Under the pieces are notes generated by a model. The model had not been told where the DNA came from and searched no databases. It saw nothing but the letters and a program-made list of their open reading frames with translations. The position numbers and the translations under genes were made by a program. A stretch of 64,000 bases of DNA from Cenococcum geophilum (lineage: Eukaryota). Shown here in pieces: positions 35,095 through 46,071 of the stretch. The stretch's first letter is position 1. The number at the start of each line of letters is the position of its first letter. The DNA lies in the NCBI GenBank assembly GCA_050273025.1, contig CP158635.1, positions 24,614,001 to 24,678,000 of the forward strand. Direction: 5' to 3'.

Positions 35095-36131
35095 CAGACC
35101 TGCGGAGGATAAATTATCCTATCCGGTCGGGCGGATAATAATCCTATCCGAGGATAGCCTGGATATCGGATAATATCCGGATCTAGATAAGGCTTGGCAT
35201 CCGTAGAATTTTAACTATCTTTTATTTCTATCGTACGACGCTATAAATATGGCTAGTACTAGTGAAATTCACTCTGCGGAGACTCTTCACGGAGCTCTGC
35301 GGAGGCTCTGCGGAGGTTCTGCACGAAGCTCTGCACAAAGCTCTGCACGAAGCTCTGCACGAAGCTCTGCACGAGGCTCTGCACGAAGCTCTGTATACGG
35401 AGGCTCTGCACGACGGGTCTGCGTACGACGGTTCTGCGTACGACGGGTCTGCGTACGACGGGTCTGCGTACGACAGGTCTACTACGGAGGCTCCATATAA
35501 AGGCTTTGTGCAGAGCTTCGTGTAGAGCTTCGTGCAAAGCTTCGTGCAGAGCTTCGCGCAGAGCTCCGTGCAGGGCTTCGTGTAGAGCCTCTGTACGCAA
35601 AGCTTCGTGTAGAGCCTCCGTACGTAGAGATTTGTCCAGATCATCGTATAAAGCCTTATGTAAAGCTTTTATACGCAGAGCCTCTATATAATATAATAAT
35701 ATTTAATTAAAAATATATATAACGCTATAAATATAGCTAGTACTAGACTTTATATATAGAGGCTCTACTTATAGAGGGTTTATATAAAGCTACATATATA
35801 GAGCGTTATAGTATATTAGTGCTACGTATTAGTAGAGCTTTGGTAGAGCTCCGTGCGAGGCTCCTCCTAAGCCTTGTTCCGCAGAGCTCTTGTAAGCTTT
35901 ATATCTATATAATATTAGTTATCCTTAGGATATTTAGATAAAAGTGGTACCATTTTAAAGCGCTTTACAAGCTCTATTAATCTATACCAATAGAAAATTT
36001 ATTTATTTAATATTGGGGGGTGCATTGCAAGTGTAAGCATATTAAGGGGATTTTGCCAAGACTATCCGGATACTATCAGCTGATAGGTCTATTATCCGAG
36101 AGGCCTATCCGGCCTATCCTCCGCAGGTCTG
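35095..36131. mobile_element. Non-autonomous hAT-type element, 1037 bp
   Basis: 17-bp TIR CAGACCTGCGGAGGATA, 8-bp TSD CAGGTCGG (35087-35094, 36132-36139), and dense sub-terminal TATCC/GGATA repeats at both ends. Confidence 0.9.
35272..35625. repeat. Minisatellite block: (GAAGCTCTGCAC)n, (CGACGGGTCTGCGTA)n, then inverted (GCAGAGCTTCGT)n
   Basis: 12-bp and 15-bp tandem units are directly visible; the third array is the reverse complement of the first. Confidence 0.9.
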
Positions 36132-36437
36132 CAGGTCGGCCAGACCACGCCAAAAGGTCGGCCCGATAGGCGAAACCTCCGCCTACTACACAAAACCCCA
36201 CCTTCCTCTCTCAACTTGACCTTACCTTCTACCTTATCTTTTCTTATATATCTATCTCAAATCTATTATAAAAATATTTTAAATACAATAACTATTACCT
36301 TAAAGAGCTATATAAGCTATTTATAGCCTATTTTATAGCAATTTTAATAGTTTAAACTATTTATAAAGCCTATTTAAAACAAAACAAAATCTATAAAGGT
36401 AAATAATAAGCAGTTTTTAATATAATACCAATATAAT

Positions 36438-39400
36438 TGTTGGGAATAGGGCAAATTGCCGCCATATGCGGCAAATTGCCGTCACGTGAGGCAAGTTGCC
36501 GTCACGTGTTGCCGCGGCACTAGCGTGGTAAGGAACCTTAAGTTCCTTACCCTTCCCCTTTCTTAGAAGAATATATAGAAAAGAACAATTATTATACTAT
36601 CTACGAACTATAGCTACGTGATATCCCCTTATAAGTCCAACACTAATTAGTAGTTAACTTTATAGTTATACCACAGAATAGCTAGGTTTTTACTAAGAAG
36701 AGACGAGCCACTATACTAGTGCTACTTGTGCTAGAGGAAGCTGTCTTTTAAGGTTAGAACTAGTCCTAAACCTTAAATAGAACTCTTTTACAAATCTAAG
36801 GATCTAAAGGCCAGAACTAGTCCTAAGCCTTCCCCAGATTATAGATTCTTGCGTCTATTACGTAGAATAACACGCTTTATAAGTCTTTGCGATTTAAGGC
36901 TAGAACTGGTCCTAAGCCCTATAATTGCAAATATACGTCACGAACGCGTACTAAACGACAATCCCTATACTACTAATATTCTATTCCTCCGAAGATATAA
37001 CTATAGCCACTCTAAACGACTAGAGAGACTCCTTACTACTAGGGGTAGCTATATACGCGAAACTTATTAATAAAGATTAGGACGTATTTACCTTTAATAT
37101 AATAACCTATACCGCAAAATAAGTTAACGGCTTTTTTCTATACCATATTCTATTCTACCGAGATAGCCACTATGCCGATTTACAGTTATGGGAATACTTT
37201 AGGGAGGATTTTATAGGATGGACTGCCGATACCTAGGCACTTAGCAATATTAATATTATTTAGGATTTTTAAGACTCCCTCTAAAGGAATAGGGTATATA
37301 TTACTGAGGACGGTAACCTAATTGCTAGTAATATTTACGCCGTTCTTACTAGTATAGAAGAACTAGTATAAACGGAAGCTAAGATTATACGTTAACTATA
37401 GAAACCTAAAACTAACCTATATTCTTTGGAAGGCAACTTTAATTTAAAACGAAACCCCTAGAACGCTACTCTCCTACCTAAAGGTGCTCTCCTACCTAGA
37501 GGTGCTCTTCCTCTACCTTTACTATTTTTAACTCCTCTATCCCAGCCAACCGATAAGCCTTTATCTTAAGAAGTCACGAATCTAATAAAGGTATATTTAG
37601 ACGAAGAGAAGAAGTTTAGAGGAGAATTGTACGATATGCTCGGAGTAAAACTATAGGTCTTTTATAACTGCTACAATAAGGTTAGAATTTAACGCCACTA
37701 GTTCTATTATGCTTTCTCTATTATATTAAAGGGACAGGCGGCAACGTTCTATTACAACTATATCGCAGGTAAAAACTATAGCTTTAATGTAATGCTTTAG
37801 CTTATTAGAGCCTACTTTAAAACTAATAAGAACCGCTAACTCTATATATCCGAATGGCGGAAGACTATATTCTAGAGAGTTATTGCTTTTAACCTAATAA
37901 TGACTTACCTAGAGTGTCTTTAACTACTCTTTAATAAACTTTAGAAAATCTAATATAGTTTTACTAAAACTTACCAAAATAAGAACAGTCTAAGGGACTA
38001 GGTTATCTTAGCATGCCGTAGCGTTCCTAAGTGTAACTTGGCGCTATATAAACCTACAGATACGTTTAAAGAAGTATATGCCAAGCTACGCTCTGCCGTA
38101 GGTACTGCGATACGAATATAAGAATCTTAATAGCTCTATACCAAAAGCCTTACTTAAATAAGCGTTCCTAACTAATATGATTATAACTAGACTAATTGAA
38201 TATATAGCGGCCGTGGTAGGGAATACGGCAAAGGGTACGATTAACGTCAACTATAAGGTAATTATGGAGGTCCTCGTGGAGGTTTATTTCGAAGTAATTG
38301 CCAGAAAAAGTGCTACGTTTGTAAGAAGCCAAATTGCTAGTTAACTAGACACTCCCTTAATAAGCGAAAAGAGGCATATAATAAGTTCCGTTAAAGTGCA
38401 AGAAACGTTAGAAATTATAAGGTTACTGTAGCCTACTTTTAAAGCTTCCTAGTTTAATATAAAGGTATAAAAGACCTTAAGGGTAAGGTTAATAAGACCG
38501 AATAGCTCCTTATAGATATAGATATTGAGGACTACTCTCCCAACTAATACTTTACTAAGTATGGTAAGGTAAATGGCATATAAACCGTCGCTATCCTTAA
38601 TAACTAATCTACGTTCCATTCTGTTATAAAGTTAGATATCTTTAATAAGTTAAAGGAAAGTTCCGCGTTCTCCTTTAACGACAGATACTCGGCGAACGTC
38701 TTTTATAGTATTATGCCAGATACTGGAGCCATAGGAGTATCTATAGTAGGAGAACCTTAAGTTCGAGCTCTTTAGTAGCTTAATAGCTCTGTTTAAATTA
38801 ACCAATTAACGGCAGGCTAATATATAATTCGCTTCGGTAAGGGTACTATAATCTCTTTTAGCATAATTAAGGTCCAAACCCTATTAGGATGTATTACCTT
38901 CCACGTTATTCCCGCGAATACCCTATTCTTATTCTGTATCTAAGATATAGATAAATTAGGCGTTAAGCTCGATAACCTTAAGAATATACTCATTTAGGGA
39001 GACAATTGGGTGCCCGTTATACGCAAGTAGGGTTACCCTTAGTTGCTCCTCTAATAACTAGATAGGAGCGTTGCTTAAAGTTATTTAACCGAGTCAGAGC
39101 TACGTTAACTACACCGTCGTTTTAGCCACCTATCCATTTACTAACTGCTTAGGGTTCTTTAACGAGTAGGTTATAAAGTTAAGGTTAAGGCAATTGAGTA
39201 TCTTATAAAGTACTACTATTACTACCAAATAAACTAGAAGTCCCCTGGCCGATTTAAGTTCACCCTTAAAGATAACTATAACTTTAACTTCTGTATTATT
39301 ATTAATGTTATATATCTTAACGGTAAGCCAGTCCTCTAAGCTATTAACTTATTAACCTTCTTCTAAGCCGCACGTTTCTTAAGGGATATATTAGCTAGAA

Positions 39401-42400
39401 ACGCATAGGATACCCTTTAGTTATGCTAGATTGATGTCTACCTAGGACCCCCTAATTAAATTATTTATAACGCAGAAAAGAACTTCTTATCTACGGAGTT
39501 TTAATAATAGGTAAAAGCAATAGCAATTAAGGTTAAGGAAGTCCCTATTAAGGCACATAATAGTATTAAAAAAGTAGAGCGATACCATACGCCATTACGC
39601 CAAGCATATAAGATTATTTCTTTAGAACTAGAAAACGCTAGCAAAGAAATTATCTTACAGATAGCTGTTAAGGCCGTTAACAATTCCGCTGGCCCAGATG
39701 GGCTCATACCTACGTTGCTAGTCTTTAGCGCCTACCCTCAAATAACTAACAATTCTCTACTATCTCCCTCTATTATATAATAAGCTAAGGCTATTCACAA
39801 AGCAACGAAGGAGGTACGACGTCTATACGCTACGCGCTAGGTTAATAACGTACTAGGAATAAGAAATGGCCCAAACACCTCAACTACGCTTAATCTGCCA
39901 CTCCAATCTAAAGTACAGGTATAGTGTGAAAAGGGAGGATGGTCAGGCCCATATAAACTTATTACAATTAATGGTTAAACTTATACTCTTTAGATGCCCT
40001 ATAGACCTACTTAATTCCGTTTAACTATTATTAGGCCCTACTATAAAGATAACAGTTCTAAGCCTTTACAGGATGCCCTAGAAGATGCCCTAGAAGATGC
40101 CCTAGAGGAGAACCATAATTAACGTGCCCTAGAAGGCAACTGTAATCCTAATATAATTATAGTAGACGTGCCATAACTACGACGCGGTAGAGGTCGCCTA
40201 AAGGGATCATAAAATTGCTAACATCTTATTGATTTTAAAGAGCAATTCGTTGCTGCTATTAAGAATAAAGTTAAGTTATTAATGGCCTTTATAACAGCTA
40301 AAGAGAAGGCTGACTTTAAGCTCGTAAAATAGCTTTAAAAGGAAGGTCGTATTATAACCCCAGGAGCTCCTTTCTAAGCATCCGATAAGCAGGAGATCGA
40401 CAGTCTTATCGCAAGAGGAGTCTTTAAATTTAAGAAATATAACCCTACTAAGTTTAATAGAGTTCGCATCTTTAAGTTAAGAATAGTTAATAAGATCAAG
40501 GGCAAAGCTACTAACGCCCTATTTAAGAAATTAAGGCTTATTATCTAAGGTTATAACGATAATAGTAAAGAGATAATTTTTATACAATCTCCTATAATTT
40601 AACGAGCTAGTCAGCGAGTTATTATTATATTAGCTCCCTCCTTAATAAAGAATAGAATGGCAGTTTATTTGCGAGATATTACTTAAGCCTATACCCAATT
40701 AGAGACGCACCTTTAGCGCTTAATATTGGCATACCTTCTAGAGTAAATTCGCTACTAGTATCCTAAAGACATGATCATAGTTATGCTTAAGCCATTATAT
40801 AGAATCGCAGAGGCAGGAACTCACTAATGGGCTACCTATAGCAAGCACTATAAAGAGAAGCTTTTAATGACTACTTTTACATTTAATCCCTGCTTCCTTA
40901 TTATAACTATAGGAACCCTATTTAGAATCGTTGGTATACAAACTAATGATATAATTATCTTAGGAGACGACCAATTCTCAGCTTTTAAAGAGGATAAGCT
41001 TATAAAGGTAAATCTTATAATAAAGCCAAAGGAAAAGCTTAACTTAACAACACTATTACTCTTTAATAGATGCATCCTCTCCCTAAACAAGGATTCCATT
41101 ACTTTACGCCAGAAGGGTTAAGGTAAGAAGATCGACGTTATTAACGTTAATTCCCTAAAGTAAGGATATGTGGAGTAACGCGCTTACGGAGCTTATGTTG
41201 CTTCTATCTATCAACCTAAGGCTTTATTTAATCTCTCCGTTGCCGCCTAATACTAGGAACCAACTAAGGACAACGTTCTTGCCCTAAATAAACGTCTTTT
41301 CTGGCAAATGAACTATCTCGATTAGGGACTACTCTACGTACCTATTGATTTTCCTACTGCCAAGCTCTTTATATTTATTGATGGATTGTTTATAAATAAT
41401 AAAGATTTTAGCTCCTAGTTAGGATATAAGATTATTATTATAAACGAATTTACTGGAGAGAATAACTTTATAATCTATAGTAATCTTATCTATTAGAGCT
41501 TAACTAAGAGCAAGCGCGTTACCTAAAGTATTTTAGCGTTAGAGATATACAGAATAGTTAGCGGAGTTAATATAGTAATTACAATTAGAACTACCCTTAA
41601 GATAATTATAGATTAACTTAAAATTCCCGCTATTTCTATAATCGTATGCACCGACTTATACTCCCTCTATAAGTATTTAGTTAAGCTTAGTACTATAAAG
41701 GAGAAGCGTCTTATAATCGATATTATGGCACTTTAGCAATTCTACAAGCGTTAAGAACTCTTCGAGATTTAATAGATTAATAGCTAAGATAACCTAGTAA
41801 ATGTAATAATAAAGGTAAACCCAAATAAGGCACTAGAGACATTTATTAATACAAATACTCTACATATATAAGTTAAAGGTTAGGTTAAGAGGGAAATTTA
41901 GAGAAGTTAAGATCTTATAGAACTTCGACCGCCGGTTAAAGTTATCTAATTAATTAGATTCTTGCCAAGAGCGCCGCGCCTAATCAATTCGGGTGGCGGT
42001 ATAGAGTTCTACCGACGCCATTTATTAATCTAGCCAATCAGGATTTTCCATACCCGGCATAAAAAATCGCCATTGGCTCGCTTACTACTAGCGCCTCGGC
42101 GGCCCACTCGTCTTTACGTTAACCCCCTAACACCCTTCCTTTTTTCCTTCTTCCCCTTAGCTTTGTACTTTTGTATAGTAGCAATCTATAGGTGTTTATA
42201 GATGGCAACTATAAAAAGAAGAGTTGCTAGTGTTGGGAATAGGGTAAATTGCCGCCATATGCGGCAAATTACCGTCACGTAAGGCAAGTTGCCGTCACGT
42301 GTTGCCGCGGCACTAGCGTGGTAAGGAACCTTAAGTTCCTTACCCTTCCCCTTTCTTGGAAGAATATATAGAAAAGAACAATCATTATACTATCTACGAA

Positions 42401-42435
42401 CCGTAGCTACGTAATATCCCCTTGTGAGTCTAACA
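36438..42435 (+). mobile_element. Full-length Ty1/copia LTR retrotransposon, 5998 bp, RIP-degraded
   Basis: 205-bp LTRs at 36438-36642 and 42231-42435, TSD ATAAT. Order is gag zinc knuckle (KCYVCKKPNC*LTRH ~38310), protease (IMPDTGA), integrase (LHRRFSH), RT (LKPLYRIAEAGTH*W, QTNDIIIL), RNase H. Confidence 0.95.
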
Positions 42436-45057
42436 ATAATAATATAATATATTTAACTATAGAAGTGTTTTCTATTAGTATAATATTTAATTTAATTTAA
42501 AGAATTTAGCTATATAAGGTAAATAAATAAGCGTATTTGGTCTATAATATATTATTAATATATTTATAACTAGTTACAACCCTATTTTAGCTTTTTTTTT
42601 ACTATTATAGCTATATATAATTGAAATATATTAAGAATTATTATTAAATATAATTTTAATAGTTTAAGCTACTTTATTATTATTAAAACTATATATTTTT
42701 ATATATATAAATAATGCTTAAATATATTTTATATAATTATTATTATATACTAGCTTCTTTTACTTTTAATTAAGAAATTTTTTTAACTACTTTATTTTTA
42801 ATTTAAGGTCTATTTTATAAAATTTAAGACTTTAATTTTATTAACTTATTTATATAAGTTTATAGATAAGGGAGCTCTTGCTACACCTGGCCCAAAAAGA
42901 CTAAAACCAACCAAAAAGAACCCTAAAAAACACCTAGAGAATCCCCCTAAGATGTATGCATCGCAGGGGAGGCACACGTCGACCGACGGTGGCTCGCACT
43001 CGCGCGCAACCGCCAGATCTACGCCTAATAACGGCCCTCCACAACAAAGACGGGCGAATACCACACCATAAAGCGGAAACACCTCTATTAAAAAGGCATC
43101 TAACAAAATATAAAGCCTACTAGATGCGTCTAGTATCCAGAATTATAGGGGAGTAACTATTAGCCATAACGAACTAATATAGCTAGTAGAATGTCTAGCG
43201 AACCTTAGGCGCCCCTCTAGTAAACCCTTAATTAAATCCTCTAACGGTTAAGTAAAATTAAAAATAAATAAAACCCCCTTTTACCGGCGAACCATACCTA
43301 GGCCGCTATAGCCGCGCTTTTACAGTATAGGGAACCTACCCCCTTTAAGATAATAATTAGGTATATAATTATAATATAACTAAATATAAAAAAAGTAGAG
43401 GGGCTTAGGGGATAATTAGAAATAGAAGTCCTTATAAAGATTTGTAAAGAGGTTTATAATATAATTATAGTCCAATACCTTAGGAGCGGAAATATTAGAG
43501 TTACCCTAAAGAACTAATAGGCAAAGGAATAAGCCGTAAGGGTAGGGGACAGGCTAGGAGAATGTATTAGCATAAAAGTGCTTTATAAAGACTACCTAGT
43601 TAAAGTCCTAGCGGTTCCTATAAGCCTTAGGGTAAAAAAGAAACGCTAGGCGGACAATATAGCAACTATATAGGAGATAGTAAAATATATAGAACGCCTT
43701 ATACCAGGCCTTGAGATTACCCAAATTTAATAGCTTTAATAGGAAAATGTAAACTAAGTAAATAATAAGAATAGTGAGAGGATATAAGGGTCGCTAAAGA
43801 CTTGCTAGGGAGACGCCGGTCGAATGTATAGCTCCCTTATTATCAGAATATATATACTAGGAATGCAAAAACTCCTTATCTAAAAAGGAATAATTATAAA
43901 TGGCCTTATATATAACGTAAGGCTCTATAATCACAGACTACGCCTAAAATAATACTACCGCTATATATAATAGGGATACACCTAACCCATATGCGCAGTA
44001 TAGGTGTGCTACGGCCACTATATAGGCCCCTATAATATAAGACACTGCTTAAATTAAGACTAAATAAAATACGTAAACTGCCACTAAAGCATATATAAGG
44101 CGTGGGAGAGAGAAGACTGCATTAAATACAGGAGGTGGAAGGTAAGGGCTTAACAGCTACGGGAATAACTGCACGCTAGGTTATATAAATGGAAACAACA
44201 GGCAATAAGCTAGGGGGACGTAGGTGCCTTCTTAGCGTTTCCTACCTTTAGTACTAGGGGGCTAGGCTAGCCATCCTAAGCCTTAACGGGCTAGAAGTGG
44301 CGCCGCGTAATATTGCCAAACTATATAGGGATATAAGGGTTATAGGGGACATAAGGAAGAGTACGCCCTATAGGAAGACCCCTATAGATAGCTATAGCAA
44401 GCTTAAGACCAGGACAATTAAGAATTAGATTTAACGCGGCAAATATAATATTTATAGCCAACCTATAAAGGGCATATAGCCAGCTAGTAAGAACAGGGGA
44501 GGAACTAGAGATAATAACAGATTTAGATATAGAAGCGCTAGTAGGAATATAAGATATGGGAATAGAAAGCTCTATATAAAATAAGTAGTAACTAGGGTAT
44601 AGATATAAGAGATAGAAGTTCTAAACATCCTAGAGAAAATAGAAATAGAAGAAGCGAGGAATAAAGAAGAGGCAAAGGACCCTCGCCAGGGGTCCGCCAC
44701 CTATCCATTATATAGTATAACTGCGGCAACACAAACCACCATCTCGTAAGGCCTTTATTAGATAGTCTAGACCTAGAGAAACACTATATCCTTGCTATAT
44801 AAGAGCCGTACTATAATACCTATATATAATTAATATACTGCCCCTAAGGATTCCAGCTCCTATACGAACCAAAAGCAGCTACATGCGTATACTTTATAAT
44901 TAGCAAGGCTATTAGCCTATCCTTATAGTTATAGCAGGTAGTTAACCTAGATATTATAGTTATAACAATCCAGATATATAGGGGACTGGTATAAATTATT
45001 AATATATATAACCCTAGGGTTAAAGGGGTCCCATAAATAGAGAATATTATATTAGTA

Positions 45058-46071
45058 GTAGTAACTCTTTAATTAACGTCTGATACGGATCCTACTGGCC
45101 CACGCAGACTACTCCGTCATAGGGGGAAAACTTATAATTTACATGAAGAAAACCCTGCAGTTGGGGGAAGGAAAAACCCTATAAGCCACCTCAGTCGGAT
45201 AAAAAACCCCAAATTGCCATATTTGCACGTAGTGCGGCCCTACAGGCCTACAGCTACGTCCTCCTCCTTGGATGTTTTGAACTCCTTAGGAACCACTGCT
45301 TCCTTCTCTAGCTTATCCCAGCTGGGGTTCACTACGTCCCAGCTAGGCCTTGCCAATTGATTGCTATACTTATTGTTTCCCATATCTTGGCCATCCCCTA
45401 TATGCTATCTCTTGTCTAACTATTGCTATATACGCCATACCTCTCCCCCCTAGGGCCTATCGAAGGCGTAAGGGGAATTTATCTATAAACTACTACTATA
45501 CCAAAAGGCGAGCGGGACGTGTGTGTATATGCCTGGGTATCTTTTGTGCCTAGGCCCTAGTTGCTAGGCCCTCACTAAGGGTCACCACTCCTTAAGAGGA
45601 GATAGGAAAACCGTACGGTGTTGTCCAGGCTGCCAGGTAGTATTTGATAGTTGATGGCGAGTGACCGCATGCTCCGCGGGCGATCGCTCTGGGGGTTAGA
45701 AGGGGCCGTATATTTGCTTATTTTTGTCTGTTCGCGTTCGCTCGTACGTTAATATAAGAGGTTATCGATGCTTTCTGTTGGGGGTCGGGGGATGCTATTG
45801 AATGCTGTGCATCTATGTTGGATCGTACAGGTGCCTTAATAGGAGGATAGTGTAGTAGCTGTTATTGTAAGGGGTATCAACGGTGGTGGTTTTCGAGATC
45901 TCACCATCCCATGTAAAAACTTTTCACCACCGCCCACAATACTCGCAACCACCTCCACCACGTCGTATCGCACGCTGTGCGACGTCTCTGCGTTGGCTCT
46001 AAGTCTGAACTTCGAAGACTTAGGTTTATAGCCGTCACCACGTATAGGTGCAGAGTCCGTTTTCGACGACT
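45058..46071 (-). mobile_element. Non-coding ~1014-bp retroposon (SINE/SIDE-like) inserted antisense into the LINE endonuclease region
   Basis: 17-bp TSD AGAATATTATATTAGTA (45041-45057, 46072-46088) and a short (TAC)n tail. The last ~90 nt resemble the host LINE 3' end (GGAGTAGTC.GCGT.GGCC...GGATCCG.ATC.GACGTTAA). The LINE APE motifs resume after it. Confidence 0.88.
45986..46071 (-). ncRNA. HDV-like self-cleaving ribozyme (predicted)
   Basis: Minus strand: P1 AGUCGUC / J1/2 GAAAACGGA / P2 CUCUGC / P3 ACC / L3 UAUACGU / GGU / P1' GACGGCU / AU (P1.1) AAAC / P4 CUAAGUCU-loop-AGACUUAG / J4/2 AGCCAAC / P2' GCAGAG. Confidence 0.8.

Noticed and set aside
4200..35100. Starship or other giant cargo element enclosing the gene islands
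   Set aside because: No DUF3435 tyrosine-recombinase captain or matching boundaries were recognisable in this window; it cannot be excluded beyond the window edges.
35228..35691. Overlapping repetitive ORFs (EALH, CRAS, VQSF repeats)
   Set aside because: They are translations of stop-free minisatellites inside a non-autonomous hAT element. They are also not a CRISPR array, since there are no unique spacers.
36140..42850. Extremely AT-rich sequence flanking the copia (36200-36437, 42440-42850; also 3273-4150 and 49450-49590)
   Set aside because: Probably older RIP-erased transposons, but too degraded to assign family or ends.
45900..46071. tRNA- or 5S-derived SINE head
   Set aside because: No convincing Pol III A/B boxes or cloverleaf; the HDV-like fold explains the 5' end better.
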